Of a DNA stretch of 64,000 nt, positions 27,602 through 39,725 are shown one piece after another (within the stretch, counting starts at the first letter, position 1; every line of letters starts with the position of its first letter). The notes beneath the pieces were generated by a model. The model made no database searches, was not told the origin of the DNA, and saw only the letters and a program-made list of their open reading frames with translations. The stretch lies in contig NW_021836148.1 in NCBI RefSeq assembly GCF_006345805.1, positions 62,001 through 126,000 of the forward strand. Reading direction: 5' to 3'. Made by a program: the position numbers and the translations under genes. This stretch comes from Octopus sinensis. Lineage: Eukaryota.

Positions 27602-27636
27602 GTTTCCGACGAGGAGCTCCGCTCGAAACGTTAAAC
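27602..27636 (+). ncRNA. Minimal type-I hammerhead-ribozyme-like motif, U4C core variant, copy 1
   Basis: GTTT-CCGACGA-G-GAGC(TCC)GCTC-GAAA-CG-TT/AAAC: stem I GTTT/AAAC, stem II GAGC/GCTC, palindromic ACGT stem III. Confidence 0.6.
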
Positions 27637-27753
27637 CCTCCTTCTTTCCTTCTTTCCTGAGCGTCCAATAATACTATATTTGTTCCACGTCCTCGCATTG
27701 TTGTGTTTTTTTGTGCTTTCTTGTTTGGATTAACTTTATATATATATATATAT

Positions 27754-27784
<31 letters not shown>

Positions 27785-27872
27785 ATGTGACCATTCAAAA
27801 TGTGACCTCGTGTGTACCGTTTGCGATTTTTTTCCCTCTGTCTTCCCTTCTCTGGATCTTTCCTTCTCCTAT

Positions 27873-27907
27873 GTTTCCGACGAGGAGCTCCGCTCGAAAC
27901 GTTAAAC
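27873..27907 (+). ncRNA. Hammerhead-like motif, copy 2
   Basis: Identical to 27602-27636. Confidence 0.6.
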
Positions 27908-28024
27908 CCTCCTTCTTTCCTTCTTTCCTGAGCGTCCAATAATACTATATTTGTTCCACGTCCTCGCATTGTTGTGTTTTTTTGTGCTTTCTTGTTTGGA
28001 TTAACTTTATATATATATATATAT

Positions 28025-28059
<35 letters not shown>

Positions 28060-28510
28060 ATTCGATGACAGGTGTCCGTGCTAGTGTAGCGATGAGAGTA
28101 CCATCCGAGTGTGATCGGTGGCATGTAAAAAGCACCATCCGAGCATAATCGTTACCAGCGTCGCCTTACTGGTACTTGTGCCGGTGACATGTGAAAAACT
28201 ATTCAGGCAAGGTCATTGCCAGTGCCGCTGGACTGGCTCCTGTGCAGGTGGCACATAAAAAACACGATTTGAGCAAGGCTGTTGCTAGTACCGCCTGACT
28301 GGCCCTCATGCTGGTGGCACGTAAAAGCATCCACTACACTCTCAGAGTGGTTGGTGTTAGGAAGGGGATCCAACTGTAGAAACTCTGCCAGATCAGATTG
28401 GAGACTGGTGCAACCATCTGGTTCACCAGTCCTCAGTCAAATCGTCGAGCCCATGCTAGCATGGAAAGCAGACATTAAACGATGATAAAGATGATGATGA
28501 TGATGATGAT
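28060..28510 (+). mobile_element. RTE 3' UTR fragment with (TGA)n tail
   Basis: GTGGCAYRTAAAAGCACC repeats and terminal block as at 16950-17299. Confidence 0.85.
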
Positions 28511-28513
28511 ATA

Positions 28514-29544
28514 TCTATATATATAAAACTCAGCTTGTGTGTCTGTGTGTTTAACTTCCCGGCACATCTCCTCCTAGCCAACAAATCGTAGAACCACCAA
28601 AAATGGGTCACTTAAAGTTTAGGCGAATGAAAATTGAACTGCACTATTTCTGTTCCGAAATTCATCTCGCAAGTGCAAAAATCAATAATGTGTTTGTTTA
28701 GGCCTTATCCCATGCATTAAATAGGGAATTTTACTCAGTCAGCTGTTTGACGTGAACTGTGTTCACCACGCGTGCAAGCATGCGTAAATTGCATGAAATA
28801 TAAAAAATCAAGATATAAAAACGAATCGCCGTAAACATTGTAGAAATTCAGCAAAGAAATGAATTTTCGGGATGTAGCCTGGAGGGTTTTTTCGTATTGG
28901 ACTTTGTGCAATAACATTTTTAACGCTTTGAATTAAATGTGACCATTTTGCGTTGAGTCTGCAGTTTGAATCACATTAACCAAATTTTAGCAGGCCGGAT
29001 TTTTGATCAACACGATACATCGCCAGCGACTCCCTGAAACTCTCCCTTGAAATACCTGTTGAGAAATCTATATATATAAAACTCAACTTGTGTGTCTGTG
29101 TGTGTGTCTGTGTGTTTAACTTTTGGATCTACGAAGTTTCATTATTAAGGATGGAAAGTAGTGTGTAGCAAATCTATATATATAAAGCTGAAGTTGTCTG
29201 TGTATGGCAGGTTTGGTAGCCTTCAACTAACACTATCTCCTTCGAGACCCTGCATCGCAAGTTGACTAAAATTGAGAGTATGATAGAAGAAGGCTTGCTC
29301 TTCATTCTGTAGAAGATAAAATTCAAATCGGACCATGTTAAGACCAAAAATTATTTACATCAAAAAGGTGCTTTTTTTCTATGAAAATCCCTATTTTTTA
29401 CGATTTTTGACTGCTGCGTCACCATTTTCCGGTATATTTCACTTGAAGAGAATAACAAGTTGCATAATGCAAAATTTTTACTTTTCAAAAATTCCAATTC
29501 TAAAGGGTCGAAACAAACTCAAGCAACACCGGGTGATACTGCTA

Positions 29545-29545
<1 letters not shown>
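28514..29545 (+). mobile_element. Composite non-autonomous Helitron: three 5' termini, one 3' terminus
   Basis: A|TCTATATATATAAA at 28514, 29067 and 29173; CAAGCAACACCGGGTGATACTGCTAG|T at 29520-29545. Confidence 0.85.
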
Positions 29546-29599
<54 letters not shown>

Positions 29600-29664
29600 T
29601 ATATTGTCAGTGTATCATATATCCGAAAAAAGGACGCTCTAAAGAATAGAGCAGTAATGTATCA

Positions 29665-30170
29665 AACATATATCTGGTCATAGAGTGACCAATGGTTTAG
29701 CATCCATAAAGCGATAGGCCTTATAGATGACTCGTCAGACTCAATGGCAGATATATATCCCTCTTCTATGATATGCATCTGCCATTGAGTCTGACAAGCC
29801 GTTTATAAGGTCAAGTGCTTCATCATCATCATCATCATCATCGTTTAACATCCGCTTTCCATGCTAGCATGGGTTGGACTATTTGACTGAGGTCTGGCGA
29901 ACCAGATGGCTGCACCAGACTCCAATCTGATCTGGCAGAGTTTCTACAGCTGGATGCCCTTCCTAACGCCAACCACTCTGAGAGTGTAGTGGGTGCTTTT
30001 ACGTGCCACTGGCACGAGGGCCAGTCAGGCAGTACTGGCAACGGCCATGCTCAGATGGTGCTTTTTATGTGGCACCTGCACAGGAACCAGTCCAGCGGCA
30101 CTGGCAATGACTTCGCTTCATGGATGCAAAACCATAGGTCACTCTATGACTGGACATATATTTAACTGCT
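29665..30170. mobile_element. Palindromic MITE interrupted by an RTE tail (about 29820-30113, minus strand)
   Basis: GTCATAGAGTGACC...GCATCCAT at left is inverted at 30115-30165; inner arms TCAGACTCAATGGCAGAT/ATCTGCCATTGAGTCTGA; GCTTCAT repeated at both ends of the insert. Confidence 0.75.
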
Positions 30171-31086
30171 TGTAAATACATATATATATATATATATGTA
30201 TATATATACATATGTATGTATATGTGTGTGTGTTTGTGTGTGTGTGTGTACAGGTGGCAATAGAACAAATATAACAAAGAATCAACATGAAAACTTAGTG
30301 AATTAACTCTTAAAAGCCTATACTACACATAACAATATCTTGCATTAAGTTTCTATGATCTACTGGAAACAGTAACCAAATTTTCCTTAAATTTTATCCT
30401 ACTCTCATGACAAAAGGAATGAGCACACTGAATGATGTAATTCTTGGTGCATTGTACCAAGCAAAAAGAAACTGGATGATCACAGCCAGAATGTCTTTGA
30501 TTATAAGTCTGCTCAATCAGAGCTGATCTAGAACTAAATGCAACATTTAAAACAAACAGAATATTTAAAAACCATAAAAAATTTCTTTCAGCAAATGTGC
30601 TTTATGGAATAACTTCAACAAGATCAAATGCCAGATGTTGATGTCAAAATTACATAAGCCAAGATTTGGAGAAAATATTTGTAAGAAATGAGAAATATAG
30701 ACCGTATAAAACTTATAAGGATAACTGTGGGAAGCACAGCAAAGCAAGACAAGGGAAGATTAAAGAAGTTGTGAAATCAGAAAGCTTTAGATGGTGTCAA
30801 AGCTTCTAACTTAATATAGTTATATTTCTTTAATATTGCCAAGTTCAAATATGTATTTAAACTTAATGAAAAAGAGAAATTTGAACAACTTTAGACATAT
30901 TGAGCTAATGAGGAAGCCAATAGAACTACAAGAAATTTCTGCTGAATGTCTTTCAAATTATACATTCTGTTGCTGTGCTTAAAAAATGGAACCTCACTTA
31001 CACTAAATTTGAAAATATATATGAGATGGTCATGAAAAGAATGTCTTTGATCACAGCTATGCCTTTGATCATGTGAAACCCATAGT

Positions 31087-31653
31087 ATGTATGTATGTAT
31101 GTATGTATGTATGTATGTATGTATGTCATTATTCAGTTTATTTCAATATTTCTTGCCAATAGAGAAAGAACCAGTTTTTGACCTAGATTCAAGGCTCCTT
31201 CATTGGAATTTCTACATCAACAACTGGGTATTTTTGTTTGTATGTAAGTATGTATGTATGTATGTATGTTTGTGCAGATTTGTTTGTTTTATGTATGTAT
31301 TCTCATGCATATAGTTGCATATCTGGACATGATTATATATATTTCTGGAAAGTTTGACAGATTTTGCAGTTCCGGATCTGTAGTCTTCAAATTACTCTTC
31401 TCCTTTCTGGTTTTGAGAAGCCTAATTTCTCAAGATTGGTGTTTAGGCAGCGTGTTACATATCCCAGTACACCAAAAATTACAAGTATAAACCTGAAATT
31501 GTAATCTGGATAGAGTAACTGCAGATTTCTCGTAGTTCAGTATAATTGTTCTTTTTTTTCACAGATCTTCAGCTTTATGTTAACATCCGTTGAGCAGCTA
31601 ATTTCCACAACTGTGCACAGTTTCTCTTCTCTATCCCAAATCATTATATCAAG
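31087..31653 (-). mobile_element. REL-endonuclease non-LTR retrotransposon 3' end in (CATA)n
   Basis: DIMIWDREEKLCTVVEISC.TDVNIKLKI.EK.NNY...VIFGVLGYVTRCLNTNLEKLGFSKPERR...KICQTFQK across frameshifts; UTR ends in (CATA)n. Confidence 0.8.
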
Positions 31654-31814
31654 TATGTATGTGTGTATGTATGTTGGTAGGTAGGTAACCCATGCCAGCA
31701 TGGAAAGCAGACGTTAAACGATGTTGATGATAGTATATGTGTGTGTATGTGGCTCTCTCTTTCACTCTCTCTCTCTCTCGATATATATACACACACCCAG
31801 ACACATATATATAT

Positions 31815-32040
31815 TTCTCCGTTGCCCACATGGGGCTAAACAGGGGACAAACAAGGATAGACAAAGGGATTAAGTTGATTACATCGACTCCAGTGCACAA
31901 CTGGTACTTATTTAATTGACCTCGAAAGGATGAAAGGCAAAGCCGACCTCAATGGAATTTGAACTCAGAACTTAATAGCAGACGAAATACTGCTAAGCAT
32001 TTCACCCAGCATGCTAATGATTCTACCAACTCACTGCCCT
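31815..32040 (-). mobile_element. SINE family B
   Basis: Core and tail homology. Confidence 0.85.
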
Positions 32041-32610
32041 ACATATATATATATATATATACAAAATCATTATGTTTATCATCACTTTTACCTTTACTTT
32101 TCCAGACTTGCATGGGTTATATGAAATTAATGGAAGCAGTTTTGCGATGGCTAGATGCTTTTCCTGACACCAGCCCTCATCTATTTCCAAAAAAGGTAAT
32201 ATTTTTTTTTCTCAAAATTGGACGAGCTTTCATGGAAGATTGCCAACATACAGGACTCCACTTGTAATAGCATATATTCTTTTATAGCTAACACACAAAG
32301 TGAAGACATGAAGACAGAAGGACAGAAACATTCAGGCCAATATGACAATGCAATCTTTGTCTGCCTGAGTCACTCATAAGGCTTTGAGCTATGCCAATGC
32401 CTATGATGTATATCATCATCATCATCACCATCGTTTAACATCTGTTCTCCATGCTGGCATGGGTTGAATGGTTTGACAGGAGCTGGCCAGCCGGTAAGTT
32501 ATCCAACCAGGGAGTTTCCAGACTCCAATTGTCTGTTGTCACATGGTTTCTTCGGCTAGATGTCTTTTGTAACACCAACCACTTTACATAGTGTGCTCTA
32601 TATATATATA

Positions 32611-33870
32611 TCTAATATAATAAATGCAAAACCTGATTTCTGTGTGTCAGTGTGTCACACTCAGACCCCTCCCTCTTCTCTCACTATTAAATGACACTCC
32701 TACTATTCCTCATGATGGGGTAAGAGTAATAGTAGGCATAGAGACGGCGAGGGCAGTGGTGAAGATAGACAGAGAGAGGAAGAAAAAGAGATGGAGAAAA
32801 AGAAAAACAAAAAATTTAGGGGAGTTGATGATGTTTTATTAAAAGTGGTAGTGCTGATGGTGGCAGTGGAAGTAATAATAAAAGGGAAAGAAACAGTGGG
32901 TATGTAAGAGAAAGAGGGAGATGATGTACAACTTTTGTTTAATCATGTCTCTTTCACAGAAATTCCTGTGGCCAGCATACTGAACATTATTATTTTTGTT
33001 TTATTTTTTGATTTCTTTAATGCATATATATATATACACACACACACATATATAAAATACACTTTAATTGAAATAAAGTTTCCCCAGTGAATGTCAGTGT
33101 GTTACACTTTTTCAAATTTAGTAAATCCTTTCTACTGGAAGAACAAGGCCTCAAATTTTTGGGGAAGGGATTAAGTCAATTACATCGACCCCAGTACATA
33201 ACTGGTACCAATTTTATTGACCCCGAAAGGATGAAAGGCAAAATCGACCTTGGCAGAATTTGAACTCAAAACCTAATGGCAGATGAAATACTGCTTAGCA
33301 TTTTGCCTGGCATGCAAACAATTCTGTCAGCCTGGTATCTTAATATAATTTAATATAATATAATATGATAATATTATAAATGTGAATGTCAGTGTGTTAG
33401 TGTGTCACACTTTTTCAACTTTACTTCTAAAGGCCATAGCCCAACATATCATATTATTTTGGAATCAGGCTGACTCCGTGAGTAAATTAGAATTATTCCT
33501 GGCCAAATCCGGACCCAGAATCCTGAAATTTTGGATTCCCAAATTTTCCTTACTGTGATTGTTTATGCCGATTTTTTAATGTGACTTTTTGTGACAATTT
33601 TTTTGTGGAATGACGATTTTTATAAACTAAAGGCTTTCCAGGTCAAATCCAGACCTGTAATCCTGAAATTTTGGATTCCTATGTTTTTATTACTGCAATA
33701 GTTTTTGGCAATTTTTTTTTTTTTTTACATGAGTTTTTGCACCAAATATGACTGTCGTTGGGATATGACTCTGGAGGAAGCAATTGCAACAAATTCTCCA
33801 AAACAAGTTAGAGATCTGTTTGCAGATCTTCCCATTCAGGGTCAGTTGCTTAAAAGCTACATATAAGCTT
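32611..33870 (+). mobile_element. Degenerate Helitron region with a RepHel remnant (33747-33850)
   Basis: Helitron-like head A|TCTAATATAATAAATGC...TGTCAGTGTGTCAC (repeated near 33080 and 33370); peptide RWDMTLEEAIATNSPKQVRDLFA matches the RepHel W..TLEEA....P.QLR.LFA block. Confidence 0.65.
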
Positions 33871-34749
33871 TTCATGCTAGCATGGGTGAGATGTATATAT
33901 TAGATTTATGGAAAATAAATAAATAAGTGAGTAAACAAATAAATAAATAAATAAATAAATAATAGAAAGAAGGGCAAATGAGTTCAGGAAAAACCAGATG
34001 ACATTCTGAGTTGTGACACAATGATACTACAAAGATAAAAGATGGGCAGGATAGCAATAAAATGGATTGTAATTCTCTTCTGCTAAATCCTAGAGAACCT
34101 GAAAATATTTGGATTCTATGATGGAATGCAATATTATATTACATCAAGCATTAAGTGCTAGCAATTTGATTTGGCATGCAGTAAAGAATCTATTTGGGTA
34201 GAACTTAGATAGAAGGAAGTACTTTATGGAAATAGAATTATCCAAATTGTGTTTATTGTTACTTTGATTGTCCATTTTTGTTTCATGTTTTTTTTATATA
34301 TGACTTAAAGCAGAAAATAAGTTTCCATCTAGCCAAATGCATTGAATGAATCAATCCTACGATATTTGTGAATGACCTCGAATTTTAGACTGCGAGAAAC
34401 ACAATTTAAGTCAAAATAGAAAGATTAATGGAGAATCTTGCCTCTCACAATATAGAAACATTTCTCATGACACCAACAAACAAAATGGGAAAAGGCATTG
34501 CTCCGTAGGATAGCAAGGGAGATGCATTGGAACAGCCACTCTGACTTACAGGGCTTGCACTTGCAGACAGCAATCTCCACTCTGATAATGGTGTACAGGG
34601 ATATCACTTGGAGGTCATGAATGCTGGAGGTCTCAACTGCTACAGGCTTGACCATAGACCTGTTGGAGGCCGACTGATACCTTGACAGCTTGCTGTTAGA
34701 ATTTCCAGTAAATACACTGGGTGAAAATCTGTTATTGACAGGCAAGTAT

Positions 34750-35405
<656 letters not shown>

Positions 35406-35544
35406 TATTAAACAAATTAGCTAAGAATTGATAATAACACCATGATAAAGTGGTAATTGCTATTTAAGAGATAAATTTACATTTCTGTTCCCATTTATTT
35501 CACTTTTATTATTCTATTATATCTGTTTTTTTTGTTTTTTATTT

Positions 35545-35925
35545 GTTTCAGCCACTAGACTGTGACCATGCTGGGGCACCGCCTTGATGAATTTTAGTTA
35601 CTTTTTTTCTTTTGGAAAGGATGGTCCTTATTCAGTCATTCTCTTTTGCTGAACTGCTAAGTTATGGGGATATAAACACACCAACACCAGTTGTCAAGCC
35701 ATGGGTAGGAGACAAACGCACACACACACATTTGTATGTATATATGTATATATATATACGGATATACGACAGACTTATTTCAGTTTCTGTCTACCAAATC
35801 CACTCACAATGCTTTGGTTGGCCTGAGTTTAGAGTAGAAACTTACCCAAAGTTCCATGCAGTTGGACTGAACCCAGAACCATGTGGTTGGGAAGCAAACT
35901 TCTTATCACACAGCTATCCCTGTGC
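35545..35925 (-). mobile_element. SINE family A, decayed
   Basis: Head, core and tail homology. Confidence 0.8.
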
Positions 35926-36169
35926 CTTAACCTCAAAATGCTTTGTTGTACATCTATGACTTGGTCAATGACACACTATTGTGTCATTTTGAATATTTTA
36001 GCACTTGAGTATTATAAAATAATTAGAATATAAAAATTAACTATGTCCACTGCGTGGCACCTTGGGCAAGTGTCTTCTACTATAGCCTCAGGTCAATCAA
36101 AGCCTTGTGAGTGGATTTGGTAGACAGAAATATATATATAAGTAATATATAAATATATGCATATATACA

Positions 36170-36380
36170 TACATATATGTACATACCTACATATATATGT
36201 ATATATACATGCATTTATGGGTACAGGACATAAAAAAAACGTTGAACACAATGGGAAACGAAAACATAACAACAAAAACATAGAAACAAACTTTTTATGA
36301 ACAATGTAAAAACAGAGTACAAGACATATAACACAAGGAATATTCCCCTTCTTCAGTTGTCCCTGTTTCGTCTACTCCAT
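36170..36380 (-). repeat. Second copy of the 18000-18400 repeat
   Basis: Reverse complement reads GGAGTAGACGAAAC...AACTGAAGAAGGGGAATATTCCTTGTGTTATATG. Confidence 0.8.
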
Positions 36381-36799
36381 GTACATATATATATATATAT
36401 ATAGTCTGGTGCAGCCATCTGGTTTGCCAGACCTCAGTCAAATCGTCCAACCCATGCTAGTATGGAAAGTGGACGTTAAACGATGATGATGATGATGATG
36501 ATGATGATATATATGTATGTATGTGTGTTTGTTCCAACCCCCCATTGTTTGACAACCGATGCTCATGTGTTTATGTCCCTATAACTTAGCAGTTCAGCAA
36601 AAGAAACCAATAGAATAAGTAAAAGGCTTACAAAAAATAAGTCCTTGGGTCGATTTGTTCGACTAAAGGTGGTGCTCCAGCATGGCTGCAGTCAAATGAC
36701 TAAAACAAGTAAAAGAATATAGCAACAGATGAGTATTTTAAATTTCTATCATGGCTCCATTCTTTAGCAATTGCTTCTGTTTTAGGCACGATATTTCAA

Positions 36800-38880
36800 C
36801 TCCAGCTGTCTGAGGAGTTCACTTTTCCAGATAAGCCCAGCTGGATGATGGTTACAAATATTTAGATATGCACTGTAGTATGATGAGATGAAGCAGAATG
36901 AATTATGAAATAAAATAAGAAAAGAATGTGCGAGCAGAATCAGAATCAGAAAGCTTCTAAAAATAAAATTAAATTGAAGAAGCTTCAAGAAATAACAGAA
37001 TCAGCATTGAAACAATTACCATTGCTAAGATATTCTGCAGTTATGAAATAAACAAGCGTGCAAGGAAGCTGTGAATAATGGTTCATGGTTATGAGGTGGA
37101 GACAATGATTTGATGTTATCAAACAAAGAAAACAGCACTACTCAAGGAAATATCAGCTTTGTGATAATGCACCAGAAATTACGGAACATTTTCAATTAAT
37201 TAGTCAGGTGCTTGTTGGCATACTCATTAATTTACCAAGCCTACCCAAAATGATGTGATTTGTGTGGCTGGTGTGCAGTTCAAACATTTCTAAGTTAATA
37301 TTGGCATGCATAAGAAATGTTGGGAGGGATCCTAGGATCTGATTGAAATGTTTGGATTTCAGTGAATTCTACAGAATGTATGCCAGGACACACATAATGA
37401 TGATGTTAATCCAAGAAGGCGGCGAGCTGGCAGAACCGTTAGCACGGCGGGCGAATGTGTAGCCGTATTTCGTCTGCAGCTACGTTCTGAGTTCAAATTC
37501 CGCCGAGGTCGACTTTCCCTTTCATCCTTTCGGGGTCGATTAAATAAGTATCAGTTACGCACTGGGGTCGATATAATTGACTTAATCCCTTTGTCTGTCC
37601 TTGTTTGTCCCCTCTATGTTTAGCCCCCTGTGGGCAATAAAGAAATAGATGTTAATCCAAGATGTGTGTTATGCATCCTCACTCATAGCAAAAAAATAAA
37701 AATGAGAAAAAGTCTGCACAAGAAAAATTATCCAAATGGAATAGAAATATAAGGGAATTCTAATGAAAAGCAGAATGAGACTGAAGTTCTACTGTCTAAA
37801 AAGATAGCAAGACTTTGCTTTTACCTTTTGTTTTTAACAGGCTAAATTCTAGCTTGAGCGTTGAATATGAAAAAGAAATATGTCATGTGATTTGCTGATG
37901 CAAAATGCTTGTTTGTGAAGAAATACGTAAATCAGATGTAATTTACTCCATCATTGGTTCATATTGATACAGTTTCATATTGATACTCTCATAAACTGCA
38001 GACAGGATAAACAGGAATCTTGTTCTTTGCTACTCTGAGATTTTTCTTTCTTCAGTTCGTTTTCACTTTCTACCTTTTAGTCTATATTTTACAGTCGTTA
38101 TTGCCATTCTATAATTTCATTTCTCTTCAACACACACACACACACACATCTGGGGATGTTGATTAAAATTTAAATTTAAATTCACATTACTAAGGACTGA
38201 GGGTTTAGTGAGATATATTAGGAAAGGAATGTTGGAGCTTGTGTAAGCAACCAGGAAAATTTATGCTGAAATACTGAGGCTGGTAGAGTTTACAAAGTTA
38301 AAAACAAAATGGAATGTAAGAAAGTAAAAGTGTTGTATGGTAAGTTTATCTTGTAAATAGAAATCATAGAAAGAGAAAATATGGTACTTGACTGAAAGAT
38401 GGAGAACTAAAGAAAGAAACAAAAAGCTCTTTACAGCTGGACAAGAACCAGAAGTTAGAATAAACCTTTCTAAAGAAAACTTAATAAAAACCAGAAGAGA
38501 GTGTTAGCTTATGGAACATGAGCTGAATGAATGAAGCAAGATAGAATGCAAATAAACATGACAGGATATAAGAAAATATACTGGAAAATCCATTGGTTGT
38601 CATTGAAAATAACTGTTTTAAAATCTTATGAGACTTCTTTAAAACAGCTATCCATGTATTACAGGAACAAAGCCCAAATATACTCAAAATATAATGAAAC
38701 ATCAGTAAGCAAGATCAGAGATTCTGCTTTCCAATATGATAATAAAAGCAAGCTGAAAGGAAAGGAAGATTGAAAAATATTGCAACTTGATCAGAGAACT
38801 GAGAAAACCCTGGAATATGCAAATAACAATTATTCATATTTTTATTGGAGTGCTAGGAATGACAGCAGTTAAGAAGAATG
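36800..38880 (+). mobile_element. Highly degenerate R4/Dong-like LINE remnants (interrupted)
   Basis: QLDDGYKYL, RIRKLLKIKLN, LPLLRYS and LCDNAPEITEH at 36840-37200; KDGELKKETKAL...AGQE, IENNCFKIL and LIRELRKPWNM...IFIGVLGM at 38390-38880. Confidence 0.65.
37417..37647 (+). mobile_element. SINE family B monomer, young, 15-bp TSD
   Basis: GATGTTAATCCAAGA at 37402-37416 and 37648-37662; GGCGGCGAGCTGGCAG head; CpG intact. Confidence 0.95.
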
Positions 38881-39256
38881 TAAGTCAAAACAATTGAATT
38901 GCATTTTTCGCTTTTATTTTTTAAGACTTCTCTGCTACGTTCTTGAGAGTTGAGAAGAGTTGTCACTAAATCTCAAAGCAAGAAACCATTTATGTAATCA
39001 GTGTGAAACTTTATTACAACAACAACAGCAGTATCAGCAGCAGTAGCAGTAGCAGCAACAACAATGAAAATAAAAGGCATCGGAGGGGTGATGCATACCC
39101 TGCATGGAGGTAAAATTTCTTTTTTTATTATTACCATCATAGGTATTTTTACTCCGGTGAAATTAAGAAATCAACTGGTAAATAAACGAAACACTTGAAT
39201 CCATCATTGTACACACACACACGCATGTGCACACACACACACGCACACACACACAC

Positions 39257-39289
<33 letters not shown>

Positions 39290-39725
39290 GTCGTATATCT
39301 ATGTATGTTTTTTATGTATGTTTGAAGATAGTCAAACCAAATTTTCATCATTTCAAGCCACTCACCCAATGAGTATTTCTGCCAAATGTGGTAAAATCCG
39401 TTCGGCTGATTTCCAGTAATTTTACAAACACACAGGCAAACAAACAAAGATGAGTGGTTACAACAGCCTGCTTTTGCTTATGCGTGCAGGGTAACAATAA
39501 TAATAACGATAATAATAAGCTCAAGCATGATTGTGTCAGTAACAGAGTGCATTGGGATGTAACCTGAATGTATAGATTCAGTACCAAAATCTCTAATTGG
39601 GAACTTTATATACATTTATACTATGTACTGCATCATCAACCTATGAACAGGTACATATCACACCAACTCTGCGTGCCTCCTTCTCACATCTCTCTTAAAG
39701 ACTAGACATATACTTTTATATGATA

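Larger units (their letters stand above)
27500..28010 (+). repeat. Tandem duplication (271-bp period) of a PLE-terminus-like unit
   Basis: Two essentially identical units separated by (TA/TG)n. Confidence 0.92.
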
